From Cyanidioschyzon merolae (lineage: Eukaryota): a stretch of DNA of 64,000 bases. Numbering within the stretch: position 1 is the stretch's first letter; each line of letters starts with the position of its first letter. The notes under the pieces are model-generated. The model did not search any database. It saw only the letters and a program-made list of their open reading frames with translations, and was not told the DNA's origin. The DNA is taken from assembly GCA_000091205.1 (NCBI GenBank), contig AP006495.2. One strand, given 5' to 3'. Position numbers and translations under genes: made by a program. Below, in pieces: positions 52,363 through 63,993 of this stretch.

Positions 52363-54513
52363 CATAGATCGTCATCGAAGACATGATGCACTGCGTTGGA
52401 CGAGAGAACATGGCATGGCGCACAACACGATGCGCAGCATCTTGTGCACAATATTGACTAGTGCACCAGACGCCCAACGAGGTCAGCTATGCTGCAGAAA
52501 GATGCCACATATTCGGAGCGCGCGCACGACACGGCCAGCGATTCTGATGTACGCGCTGTGAACAAGCTTGCTGCGCGGCGACGCAGGTGCATCGCAGTCA
52601 AGCTCATATCGAAGCGGTTCATCTTACACATGCCAGCTGCATTCACTGGACAGCTCGGCATACTTGGCGGCGAGGAATCCTATCAATGCAAGCGAAACGT
52701 TCAGTTCGCGTGATAGCAAGAGGTGCACGATCCAAGGGGGGCTCTCCTGCGAGTGCCATCACCGTCATCGCTGAAACCGCCGGAGGAATCATTACGTGCA
52801 TGCTCATGATTTTCAGTTTACGAGAGCGAGCACAAGAGCTGATTGCTTTTTTTCCAGCGCGCTGCTGGCGGTGAAGTGATCTTGTATTTGGATGAGCGCG
52901 AGTGCGAGATACCGGAATCTATGCCCGTACAAGAGCAGTCCTGGGTGCCACCGACCCATCCTGAACCAGGCCACGAGATGCGGATTTGCCCGCTTGTTTA
53001 ATATGCCTCATGACGGCGAAAACTGGGTGCAGCCCCGCATGCATCCCGTAGCCTGGAAGAATCCGAAAGGCGCTCGCTTCTGCTTCACCAAGCACTTGCA
53101 CCGTGATGCAAACCGAGGCTGTTTTTGATGTGGCTTGCCCCGGCCCCGTTGCATCGAGTAGGCGTCACGACTCGTTGGAAAACATATTATTCCGCAGCGA
53201 TGTTCGACGACCAAGCGCAGCGTTACCTGAGCGACTGTGGTCTCCAAGAAAGAAAGTCCCGCAAGGCCTTTGCGCCAGCGCATCTCGTCTCTTGGACGCG
53301 GAAGAGGGGCATGAGCGACCAGCTTGTTCGCGTTTATCCGCAACGATTCAGTAGAGCTCATTTTGAACGCAAACAAGCTATTTTTTGTTCCGAGCAGGGC
53401 ATCACCGAAGTACGTCGGTCCGATCCGGAGCAGTGGTAAACGCGACCTGCAGACGTGCGCCTTGGACTATGGGATACTCACGAGCGCGCGACGGAAAAGT
53501 GGAAACACGACTGCAGAGGTGCTGGGGACAAACGAAAGTTAGCATTGGAGAAATGTGCTATAAGCGGCACATCAGCGAACTTGAATACTCGTGCTCGGCA
53601 CTCGTGAATGACACGCAGCTGTCCACCGTTGCCGGCATGCAGACGATGCATTGATGACGAGGCTGCTGGTACAGCGAGCCATTGCTGTGCGGACTGGATG
53701 CAATTCGCATTGCTGTCACAACGGTGGCGCATGCGTGACGCCTACGTGTCCATAGCAATGCGTGCTGGTGCATGGACCCGTGCCACGCACGCACTCGATC
53801 TGTGCGTGCACATGCGACGTACTGCAGCGCAAGACTTGCTGAGCGATCATTCGCGCTGCCCGATGCACTGCACTGCACTGCACTGCATGATGCATTCGCG
53901 TTTGGCGCGGGACCAGCATCGAATGGTGCTTCACATGACGCACGTGTCCATTCAACAGCGTAGACGCGTTGCTGCTGTTACGACTGCTTGTGCAGAGCCG
54001 TCGGGGTTATGGATCGCTCGCTGGCGGCGTCGCCGAAAGCAGCGCGCTGCGATCGCCGGGCGATACACGGCGCCAGCCGCGTGCACGTTGATAATCAGCC
54101 TATTGCTGTCGCTATGCGATGGAAAAGGGTGTGGTGCTGTACCCAGCGAACCCACATGAAACGCATGTAAAGAGAGCGTGCTGCATCCAGAAGCACACTG
54201 CCGCTGCTCCATCCAAGACGCAAGCACCGAACATGTACAGGATACAGGCATCTGTTTCTTTCATCATAGTTTACATCAGTCTGTACAGAATTCTGAATGG
54301 ATTCGCGATCGACGCTTGCATACCGTGGCCTGCGCAAATGCAGACGTTCGTCAGTAGCGCAGATTCTGCAGAGGTAAACGTTTCAGCAAATCGCCGCGGG
54401 TGTTGGCAGCTGCGGCTTCTTGAATGCCGCTGTCGGCACAGGCGCGCCACCAGCCGCGATGACGCGCCTCGCTTTCGATACATAGACAATGGTGTGTCCA
54501 CGGTGGCGGCCGG

Positions 54514-55641
54514 CTATTCGCTTTGCTGCAGCGAGGTTGGCTCGGTCTGGCCCTCCGTTGATGGCGTTGTTGCGGCCTGCGTGCCGGACGACACGACCCT
54601 GCACGACGGCAACGCAGGCTGTTGACCACGAGTCGCTTGGTGCTGTCGTCTCGCTGCCCATCCAAGGCGCACTGCATGACCCAGTAGGAGTAGGCACACT
54701 GTGCCGCTCAGCGCCGTGTATGCAGATACACCATGCGCACTCGAGACCGCCATGCTCGCCTCTAGACCCGCGAGTGCGCTGAGCCAGCCATAGAAAAATA
54801 CCCAGTAGGGAGAGAGGGCTTGCTCCTCCTCGAGACGCCATGCACTGCCCTGCTGCAATGCCTGCCGACTCGGAAGCGCTGCGCCAGCGCTCTCATCAAA
54901 CCGTACAAGTGACGTGCGTTCGGCGTGTTTGGGAGCCGCACCTGACCGGGGCACTGGTGTATGCGGTGATCCGCGCAGCAAAGACTCGATCTCGTCCTGT
55001 GTCTGACGGAGGACGCGAGCGCGCTCTTGCGCGGCTTCCAGGCGCTCCTCGACCTGTGCCCACGAGGGTGCTAGCTCGTTAGCGCGCCGATCCATCTCTT
55101 CCGTCCGCAAGGTCAGCCGCTCTCGATAGCTGTCGAAAAGCAGCTGCAGCTTCTCGCGGAGTTTCACGAGCTCGACAGCCACCAGTAAGTCGATCCGATC
55201 GATCGCCCGTTGCCGAGCAAGCTCCACCCTCAGCTGACCCTCGAGCGACTCCTGCAGTCTTCGGTGTATCTCTGAGAGCAGACGCTCCGCTAAGGCTTCG
55301 GTCGACGCAGACACCTGCACGTCCACGTCGTCGTCGCTGCGAGGTACCCGTTCTGCGTCCTCGGAGCCAGGACTGGGTTCTGAAACCGCCTGAACCACTG
55401 CTGGTGCGACGGACGCACTACGGGAGGTGTACGGACGCCATCGCCGCCACCGCTTCCGCGGCAGCAGCGCAGCAGACTCGCACCCAGACTTTTGGACAGC
55501 GCAACGACGTCCGCTGCGTCCGTACGCGGGGCTGGGACGCACCACGCGCGTCACGAAACTGGGCACTGTTCGGGTCGGGCCACCAACGTGGTTGTTTCCA
55601 TTCAGTACTGCCCAACATAGTGAGTTCGGTTCCGGGTCCAT
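54514..55641 (-). CDS. Hypothetical coiled-coil protein with two C-terminal transmembrane helices
   Basis: An approximately 130-aa heptad-rich region (ERLLSEIHRRLQESLEGQLRVELARQRAIDRIDLLVAVELVKLREKLQ...) followed by the hydrophobic segments YWVFFYGWLSALAGLEASMAV and ALSGTVCLLLLGHAV. No family assignment. Confidence 0.35.
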   Translation of the reverse strand: MDPEPNSLCWAVLNGNNHVGGPTRTVPSFVTRVVRPSPAYGRSGRRCAVQKSGCESAALLPRKRWRRWRPYTSRSASVAPAVVQAVSEPSPGSEDAERVPRSDDDVDVQVSASTEALAERLLSEIHRRLQESLEGQLRVELARQRAIDRIDLLVAVELVKLREKLQLLFDSYRERLTLRTEEMDRRANELAPSWAQVEERLEAAQERARVLRQTQDEIESLLRGSPHTPVPRSGAAPKHAERTSLVRFDESAGAALPSRQALQQGSAWRLEEEQALSPYWVFFYGWLSALAGLEASMAVSSAHGVSAYTALSGTVCLLLLGHAVRLGWAARRQHQATRGQQPALPSCRVVSSGTQAATTPSTEGQTEPTSLQQSE

Positions 55642-56408
55642 AAAGTCGTATCAGCGTTCGCCGGATAACGCACGAACGCGTTCAAAGCACCGCTTTCGAA
55701 GCGGAATGCAGTCAGGCGCGTTTAAAGAGCCGCAGCACGCAGCGAGATTGCCGCGTTGTCCAACGTGTGTCGCTGCGACAGCGCGCCAGAAATTCCTGTA
55801 CAATTGCGACGCACGTGCTGCTGCTGCTGCTGGAGGGCAGCGCTTGACGCTCCAGCAGGCTGGCGATATGCAGCACGCTCGGACGACGTCGTGGTGAATA
55901 CTATCCCGAAGGTATCCGTGGTGCAGGCTGCAACATGCGGTTTGTGGTGTTGCATGGCAGTGGGTTGCCGACCTTGCTCCCGTCGGGGTATCGGTGCATA
56001 CTCCGGTGTCCATCGCGCGATGCCGACAGCACGTGATGCATCACGCCAGAGCCGGGAAACGGAAACCTGTGTTTCCGCGCTTGTGCGACTCGGGTATTGC
56101 TGGGCATAACATCTGCCGGGATGCCTGCTGAGCACCGATGCGGCCTGTTCGCCCTAGCGTCGCAAAGCCTAGTACCCGCAACAAATGGCAGCGTCTCTTG
56201 CCAAGTAGACCTGTTCGGGGAAACAGAAAAGGCGTCAGACGTATTCACTGTGGATGCGTGTGGGCTTGCGTACCCGTTTAGGGAACGCAACACCTCACAG
56301 GAGAATGTTATGAGCAAGTTTTCACGGATTTGAAAGCGATCGCTTGCAGTCAACATCTTCGATCAGCGGGCATCGGTGGAAGCCACACTGGAGGCATCAT
56401 TCTATGAG

Positions 56409-56700
56409 CGAAAAGCATCACAGGCGCTTCCAGCAACCGCAGGCTATCCATAGGCTAGATCAGCGTCCATGCGAGCATGCCGTGTCACGAAATACCGTCA
56501 CGAGTAATCAGCTGCACAAGGTATCGATGCTTCATCCGTAGACAATACAGAATGCGAAAAGCATCACAGGCGCTTCCAGCAACCACAGGCTATCCATAGG
56601 CTAGATCAGCGTCCATGCGAGCATGCCGTGTCACGAAATACCGTCATGAGTAATCAGCTGCACAAGGTATCGATGCTTCATCCGTAGACGATAAAAAATG
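56409..56700. repeat. 146-bp tandem duplication (2 near-identical units)
   Basis: Units 56409-56554 and 56555-56700 (gcgaaaagcatcacaggcgcttccagcaacc(g/a)caggctatccataggctagatcagcgtccatgcgagcatgccgtgtcacgaaataccgtca(c/t)gagtaatcagctgcacaaggtatcgatgcttcatccgtagac). Confidence 0.9.
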
Positions 56701-56969
56701 TATCACCAATGGCGGCCGATGCACTTTGCAGCAGAGGCCGCTGGACGGGGATGGCGACGCGCCCGGCCCCGCGAATCGTCGTAATTCGAGCACGTGTTAG
56801 AGGCCTGGCAGCACCGATGCAACGCAACGCACTATGAGCTTTGCATGAACCGCAACTGGAACGTTGGGTGAGCTAGGTGCCCGCGACTCGACGCGACGCT
56901 GCCAGACGGTAGCTGGGTCGCACCGGCTGATGCAGGAGGCAGCGCAGCGTTGTACCTTCAAGCACCGCT

Positions 56970-58247
56970 ATGGGCAGTGGTGAAGGCACTACAGGGCGGG
57001 CGAATGTTATCTACAACTTTGCGATAGGCTCCAATGTGAACACGGAACGCCTTCGTACGCGAGCGCGCTGGCTTGGTGATCAAGCCGAAATCAAGTTCCT
57101 CAGTGCTGAGCCGGCGGTACTTCGCGGCTACCGCATCGTGTTCAACACGCCGGGGTTTCCCCCCGCAGAAGCAGCGTTCTGCTCCGTGCGAGCTTGTGAG
57201 TGTGGCGGCGGTAGGCGCTGCCCGAGCGAGGTGCACGGCGTGCTCTATGCATTCGACCGTGCTTCGTACGAGTTGCTTTGGGTGACTGAAGGAGGCCTTG
57301 GCGGGCGCGAGTACGGCTCCAGTTACGTGGAGCGGCGCGTGCACGTGGAGACCTACAGGCGTCCGGGGGTGCTCCACGAGGCGATTATCTTCGAGACACG
57401 GCCCAGTCGAACAGTGGAGACCTGGTATCGACGCTGGCTACGACGTGACGTTTATCGACGACGCTGGCTCGCGAGCGAGTTCCGCTGCATTGCGACGAGT
57501 GCTATGGGTGCACTCGAACAAGAACTCGCTGCGCAACGCGTGGCGAATGCCGCGGATCAAGTTGCGTCCACTTCATGGTTGCCGAAAAACGGCAGTGCTG
57601 CACTCCCGCTGTGGTATACGCAGCATGCGCATGTGCTGGAGGTGACCCAGGCGTTGCCACAGGATCATTCCGATCGAATAGCACTGGAGCTGGAACGGGT
57701 GCTCATTCGACCGTCCATGCGATATCTGGGTCTTATTCGGGACGGCGCTTTGCAGTCCGGACTCGATGCAGACTACAGGCGGTTACTTGAAACCTATATG
57801 GTGCACTGGCGGGTCTCGTGTCCATGTGCAGCGCGACCGCAGCCACTCCAGGGGTGGCTTACGGTGTCTGTGAACATGTCGACGCCGGGGTTCTTCCGGT
57901 GGCTGTGGTGGGCGCACCTCACCGGTCGCAAGCGTGTTCTACGCTTTCTGTACCAGCTCTGGAATCGCTGGTTTCTACGGGTTCTCAGTTTCTTTGCGAT
58001 GGAGCGCGAGTTACATGCGATGCGGCTGGCGCAGCGAACGCACGCCTGTATAGGGAAACCGCAAGTGCTTCTCCACTGGGTAGCGGTGTACTTTTGCAGT
58101 GTGATAATTTTGATATGGACGCTGCCGATTGCGCTCGCTGGCCTGCTTTATGGAAGGGGCAACTTCTTTCATGTGCGAGCATCGACGCCGGCGCTTGTTC
58201 CAGGGAATGCTGCACCCGCAGCGCGGTCTGCGAATGTACACGCATAG
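56970..58247 (+). CDS. Gamma-glutamyl cyclotransferase-like (AIG2/GGCT fold) domain protein with a C-terminal extension ending in a transmembrane helix
   Basis: The N-terminus NVIYNFAIGSNVNTERL...VHGVLYAFDRASYELLWVTEGGLGGREYGSSYVERRVHV fits the AIG2/GGCT pattern YFAYGSN...G.LY.l....LD..EG....Y.r..v.V. The C-terminal LLHWVAVYFCSVIILIWTLPIALAGLLYG is a predicted TM helix. Confidence 0.5.
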   Translation: MGSGEGTTGRANVIYNFAIGSNVNTERLRTRARWLGDQAEIKFLSAEPAVLRGYRIVFNTPGFPPAEAAFCSVRACECGGGRRCPSEVHGVLYAFDRASYELLWVTEGGLGGREYGSSYVERRVHVETYRRPGVLHEAIIFETRPSRTVETWYRRWLRRDVYRRRWLASEFRCIATSAMGALEQELAAQRVANAADQVASTSWLPKNGSAALPLWYTQHAHVLEVTQALPQDHSDRIALELERVLIRPSMRYLGLIRDGALQSGLDADYRRLLETYMVHWRVSCPCAARPQPLQGWLTVSVNMSTPGFFRWLWWAHLTGRKRVLRFLYQLWNRWFLRVLSFFAMERELHAMRLAQRTHACIGKPQVLLHWVAVYFCSVIILIWTLPIALAGLLYGRGNFFHVRASTPALVPGNAAPAARSANVHA

Positions 58248-58949
58248 GCCCGTGACTGGTAAGCGATGCTCGTTATTCCTTGCGGGGGCTTGTTTGCGTT
58301 TGCGCTCCAGGCCTGAGTTGCTGCTGCTGGTGCTGGTGCTGAATGCTTGATGGAGACCGCACCAGGCCAGCGGTTGCCGCGACTCAAGCGAATCGCACAG
58401 GATGCCGGTAGAGGCAACAACAGACGAGCGACTCGGGCATTCGACATGCACTGATCTCTACCCATGTAAAAAATGAAATGGATTACTGAACTGCTATATT
58501 GATTCCTGCCTTTCGATGGATTTCCGAACGTTTTCTCGATGTACAGACTCTGTATTCGAAGTCCAGCTGCTAGGGTTTATGGATTCATACGCAGTTTTTC
58601 GATTTTCGATCGTTGTTTCGCCGCGGATGCATCGACACATTGCTGCTGGAATTCGTTATCCTACCGGAATGATGATGATTCATGATGCTTTCAAACTACG
58701 GCACGTAAAATTACGAACTCTTATATCCTAATCAAATGTACACGTCTCCGCGCTCTTCATTTCCTAACGTTTGGCATGCATGAATCACGCATTCTGGCAG
58801 TTTTCAACGTTTCTGTTACAATGCAGCTCGTGGGCGCCTCAGTTCTCGCCGCTGGAGTGATGACGAATAAAAAACTTGACGTCGTCCGTTGACGACTTGT
58901 TCCGGAGCCCTTGCCGAAAATCCATCGAACTTTTCACGTCTAGTAATCG

Positions 58950-59850
58950 ATTCCTTCTCAAGGACAAATCAGCCTTGCTTTGCGGATTTCAATGAAAAAA
59001 TACTCTCCATCAGCATCATAACTCTCAGAGGATAAGCTCATAGAGGAACGCGTTTGATTTATTTGCACGGAAAGGGGTCTTAGAGTCGGACTTGGGCCAT
59101 CGCACCGATCGCTTCCCCCGGTATGTGCGTCGCCGCCTCGCACGCAGGAGACCTATATCAATCGAAACTGCTCGACTTGTTCACCAGTGTGTGTTTTCAG
59201 TCCAGGACTTGCCTCATCATCCACGATATCGCATTCCATAAATCCCCTTGGGAATGGAACAGCGTTCGTCTGTGCATGCAGCAGACATTGGGCTCGTTGA
59301 GGCCATTGCCCAGAAGAAGCCCGTGATCCTGAGTTCCGGTACCGGGCATTGAATCGGAAGATGATCTCGAGGGGTGACATGTGTACCCGCCAACGACAGA
59401 TGCCGAGCGATGATGCGAGCCTTCGCGCGCTACCGTTCAGTCTGCTGAGAATGAGGAAGTGTGATGGATATATGCGAACACCTGACCGCTATCAAGTATC
59501 GCCGCTGTACATGGCGCACCGAGACTGAATACGAAGAAGATAAAGTTGAGAAGCGGTGCATAGATCGCAACCATCGTCTTTACATGAAATGCATCGACAA
59601 CCGTCAAAAGCAGCGACATCGGGACCTAAACGTTGCTATCAACATCCTTCGACTGCTGGCTACGAAGCCCGCGGGAGAGATGAGGCAGGCATATTTGGAG
59701 CCACAGATGAGAGACAGAAAACCCAAGTGACCGGAGGAAGCGCTCGCAAAAGCTGGTGTTGATGATGCCACAAAAAGACCCCAACCTCCTATGCATACCC
59801 AAGAGTCGACTTTGTGGAAACGTTCCACTTTATGGTGAAATCGGTGTATG
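58950..59850 (+). mobile_element. TnpB/Fanzor-like RuvC nuclease remnant (subfamily 2, copy D), 3' portion with a frameshift
   Basis: ORF 59461-59730 reads ...KRCIDRNHRLYMKCIDNRQKQRHRDLNVAINILRLL (zinc-finger remnant plus RuvC-III RDLNVAINI). The upstream ORF 59123-59326 FHKSPWEWNSVRLCMQ is homologous to copy B FHEPPVEWNSVRLRIQ at both DNA and protein level. The downstream flank is homologous to copy B. Confidence 0.55.
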
Positions 59851-61812
59851 CATGCGCGGATTCTGTTCTCGGTGCCATGTTGTTTTATTCTTTTCTGCTT
59901 TGTCGTACTGCTCAGGGCACAGACTCGAGACGCAGTTCATTGGACACGGAGCCGGGACTTGTATTTATTCTTAGAGTCGTCAAGCTGCGCAAACAAGCCC
60001 ACTGCCGGCGACGGCGCGAAGCAATGTGCCACGAGACCACCACGACCAGCAAGACACCTAGACGCAGATGAATCGCTCCCAGGCCTCGGGTAAACTGCGT
60101 ACCGGTAGAGCTGCTCAAGTCGCGCCTCTGCTGAGGTGCGCGGAGCTCTCGCCCGACGGACTCATCCGGCGTCGGTGATCTCACGCTTTGGAGGTAATCT
60201 TTCGAATATACCGAAACCTTTTCCTACTTTCAACGCTATCCATAGAATGGGAAACAACTTTTATCGAGTTGCCAGATAGAAATACATTTTCGATTCGACT
60301 CTTCTGTATGATGCTGGCGAGGGATGGGATCGACATCTCAGGGCGCTGCGCGTGCGCGATCTCTGCAGGTCTACATTCTCTACTGTCAAGACATGTTCAT
60401 GCGTATCCATCTAGCAGATGAATATATCGTTTCTCAAGTTGGAATCTTTTGATGGTGTCGCGTATCGACGGAGTGCCGTTGAACGCATTTGAACGTGGCG
60501 AGTGCCTTGTGCATGTGCCTTGATTCGCGCTCGCATATGAGGGAGGCGTACAAGCCGCATTTACAGACCCACCGCCCGGGGTGCTGCTGGGCACTGTGGG
60601 AGTCAGAGCGCAGCTGAGAAACCTTCGCGTCCGAAAGCGTTCATGGCATGTACCTAGGCATATGCAGTGCACCGACGCGTGTCGCTTTGGCACAGAGCAT
60701 CCCTGCGTTGACATATGTATCGTCGAGATGAGGTTTCGGAGCTGCAATCTGCTCAATCTCCTGCTCTACCTGAGCATAAAAACGCTAATCCCGACGAAAG
60801 AACGCCAAGAAGACTTGCGTGTTCCGTTGTTCTTTCCAGAGAGGCGGGCAGGTGTGTCGCGCTGTACGGCTGCACTCGCTCACAGCGTACCCAATAGATA
60901 ACAAGTACCGATAACCTGCTGGACACGTTTGTTCAAACCTGACGGTCTCTTGCGCCGACGATATCTGAGCTGCGATGCCATGGACGCGGATTCAGCAGTG
61001 TCGCACTGAAAATTCTTGACCATAGTCGGTTGCTGTCGAGGCCTCGGTGTCGCTCACCGTCAGAGAGGCGACACTGCAAAAACGCCACGGGAGACGGCGC
61101 AGGCGTTGTGCCAGAGCTGCAGAAAGCGCCTGGGTCGATGGCTTGCCATGTCGTCGCAAAGTCGGTATGGCGCTAGGCACGCACAGCATAGGAATCGCTC
61201 ATGTCTAGTTCAGAACAATGCGCGGGATTCGCCTCCAAGCATGGCTCGTCATTGTTCCCGTGTCTGCTCAGGCCCGCGATATCCCGCTCAAGCTGGGTGG
61301 ATTCTGCGACGCAACCCGAGAATTCATCAGGATGATTGCTCCAATGCTATGGATCGTCAGACGACCCAGCGTGCGCCCTTGGTAGCGAACCGATACGCTG
61401 GGGTTGGCGGTCCTCGAGGACAGGGCAGCTGCTCATTACCGTCGAGTTTATCACTGCACCGAACGGGAATCGACCAGGGCGTAGTGTATTCCCCGAGAAG
61501 AGCAGCGCTTGCCTACCTGTTTAAGCGAGTTTGTGAATGTATCTGTCTAGCTGTCTGCCTGTTATTGTCGCCCCGCTGTAGCAAGTACATACTGGTCACT
61601 AATCCGTCTGCTAGGATGGGACACATCGCTGGTGATAGTCAGGGAGCAGGCATACCTAGTTCAGCTTGCATGGCCTGATCACTGTGACATTCACACAGCG
61701 CATTCCGGGTTCGTGCACTATGTCTGGACTGGCATCAGCATCGCTGTGAAATGCAGCGGACAGAAGCGGTACCGCAGAACGCTAAGCATCGTCATTTCTT
61801 TAAAATCATTTC

Positions 61813-63993
61813 CTAGAGCGTTTTGGTATGTCGATCGGCAACCGGGCCGCGAGGCACCACGTCATTCCCGTCCTCTGCAATCTCCTGGCTTGCAAACACG
61901 CACGGAAAATACCACATACACATTACGGCCATCCAGAGCGCAACAAGCGAGACACCAGTCGAGAAGTAGAGCTGCTCTCTCGAGATAGATTCGATGGGTC
62001 GATCATCAAGAACGACATCTTTGATGAAGTACAGACGCCATCCTTGGTTCTCGTAGCCGAGCCATACATCGCTCTCCTCAAAAGCGCCCTCAAATTCTGG
62101 ATCCGAAATCTCCGGTTCCAGCAAAATATGACTCACTCTGAGGTATCGAAGCTGGTTCAAGAGCTCCGTTCCATTCCTACCCTCACCTCGAAGCAATTCG
62201 TCCTGAAACTGTTCTCGCTCGTAACAATCCCGAAGACCGTGGGACCACACCCAGCCTAAGTGTCCGGAATACAACGTTCTTCCGGCGAGGGCACAAGCAG
62301 GAGAACTGTGCCCCTCATTTGTAAGAAACACCGAGCGCAAGTGTGTGTTCGCCTTGATCCATTCACCCACCTCTTGGTGAGCCGGTGTGAACAGCTCAGC
62401 CGTAACGCCACCCCATTCTCGACGAATCCCCAACAAGCCACTGAAAATCATGAAAAACAGGATCAGCGGGGTCAGGAGCTTGCCCAGAGGCCCACCGCGC
62501 CGCCATAAACGCACCAGCAGATACCCAACGACACCTGCAGCCTGAAAGAGCCAAATATACACGAGCTTGACGTTATCCTTGACCCATGGCGGAATAAGGA
62601 AAAGATTACAGAAAACGAAAACTGCAGCGAATGCGGGGAAGAACTTCAAACGCCAGTAATGTGAAGGCCCGCTAAAAGCCGGAGCAAGGCCCCACAGCAA
62701 GTGCACAACGCGGTTTTGGATGCGTTCCACGATCGGAAAGTATCCGCGTACTCCGAAAAGTCTCTCCAGATCTGCAAGCGCCTGTGCCAACAGCACCACG
62801 GACACAATGCCAAAAACAAGTGTATAGACTGGAACGTGTAGAGTCAGGGCGCGGAACCAGGTTCTCCAAAACCCACTGTTGAAGGATGACATTGCCGTCC
62901 AAGAGAAGCGAAGAAAGCCTCTTTGCTCCCTCGACGATGCCACCCTCCCGATGTATACCGGAAGCTGGGGCGCCGACAACGCCAAACCGATGAAAGCGGC
63001 TGTGAGCCACCCTCGCCAGAGAAGATCCATATGTGTGTACCATCGGTCGAAATCCATAATGAAGAGCACAGAGCAGAGAATCACCGCACCAACAAATGCG
63101 TGCGCCTGGAATAAGGGCAAGATACCGGCGACAAAGGCCGCCAGCCTCAACACAATAGCGCTCTGTTGAAGCGGAACACCTTCGGTCATGGCAAGAACAA
63201 GCAGCAGGATAACAATGAGGATCAGGGGAATTGCATACGTGGCCGGTCGCTGTGGCAAGAACACATGCCCAAAGTAGGCAAACCACAGGATCTCTTGTCT
63301 GCCGCCCTCACGGTCAGCTTGGACCGGATCCACATCCCAGGCTACGCACGTCGCGTGACTCCAGCCTCGCTCGATCCAGTGCTCAAAGGACCCGGTACCA
63401 CCTGCACACATGACGAGGAGAACGGAGAGCACGGCAGCGGCGCGACTGCCGGTTAAACGCCAGTTCACCGCATACAGCAGCGCCGATGCTGATACAGCCA
63501 GAAACAGTGCCGGTAGCAGAAAACTCATGCGCCAGCTCATGCCCGATACCAGCAGACACGCTGCATGAAAGTCTGGAAGTAGTGGATAAACAAGGCGCGA
63601 ACCCGCATAAAATGCTGCCTCTGTGCGACGATAGTCGAATTCCCGGTTCGTTCCATAGAGGAACGATGCCGCAATATTCATGTGGAACGGCAAATCGGCC
63701 CAGGTTGCGCCACCTGAGCTCACGCTACCATCTGGTTCGTTCCGCAGGAAACGACTCGAGACCATGGGCCAGACAATCAAAGCCGTCAATGCTGTGAAGC
63801 CCATCCCAGGCCCGTGCGGTGCTACCTTCGCGCTGCGGGCCGGCGAGTCCCTCATGGTGCCAGCTGGCTCATGACCCGCCTTTCTCCGTCGCTGCACCAG
63901 CCACACATGAAACAAGCCGATTGCAGCTTGCACTAGCCAAGCAGCTCGAACGGATCGTACGTCAAGCGTTTGGTAGCGCAGCGACGCAAACAA
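61813..63993 (-). CDS. Large polytopic membrane protein (at least 10 predicted TM helices), possibly a GT-C-fold glycosyltransferase; the N-terminus may extend past the window end
   Basis: 726-aa ORF with many hydrophobic helices separated by short loops, and a hydrophilic C-terminal domain (LGWVWSHGLRDCYEREQFQDELLRGEGRNGTELL...). No firm family motif recognised. Confidence 0.45.
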   Translation of the reverse strand: MFASLRYQTLDVRSVRAAWLVQAAIGLFHVWLVQRRRKAGHEPAGTMRDSPARSAKVAPHGPGMGFTALTALIVWPMVSSRFLRNEPDGSVSSGGATWADLPFHMNIAASFLYGTNREFDYRRTEAAFYAGSRLVYPLLPDFHAACLLVSGMSWRMSFLLPALFLAVSASALLYAVNWRLTGSRAAAVLSVLLVMCAGGTGSFEHWIERGWSHATCVAWDVDPVQADREGGRQEILWFAYFGHVFLPQRPATYAIPLILIVILLLVLAMTEGVPLQQSAIVLRLAAFVAGILPLFQAHAFVGAVILCSVLFIMDFDRWYTHMDLLWRGWLTAAFIGLALSAPQLPVYIGRVASSREQRGFLRFSWTAMSSFNSGFWRTWFRALTLHVPVYTLVFGIVSVVLLAQALADLERLFGVRGYFPIVERIQNRVVHLLWGLAPAFSGPSHYWRLKFFPAFAAVFVFCNLFLIPPWVKDNVKLVYIWLFQAAGVVGYLLVRLWRRGGPLGKLLTPLILFFMIFSGLLGIRREWGGVTAELFTPAHQEVGEWIKANTHLRSVFLTNEGHSSPACALAGRTLYSGHLGWVWSHGLRDCYEREQFQDELLRGEGRNGTELLNQLRYLRVSHILLEPEISDPEFEGAFEESDVWLGYENQGWRLYFIKDVVLDDRPIESISREQLYFSTGVSLVALWMAVMCMWYFPCVFASQEIAEDGNDVVPRGPVADRHTKTL

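Noticed and set aside
53608-54159. 183-aa ORF in the 52.4-54.5 kb intergenic region
   Set aside because: Arg/Cys/His-rich junk-like composition overlapping several equally long antisense ORFs and a (GCACT)4 repeat. No family resemblance.
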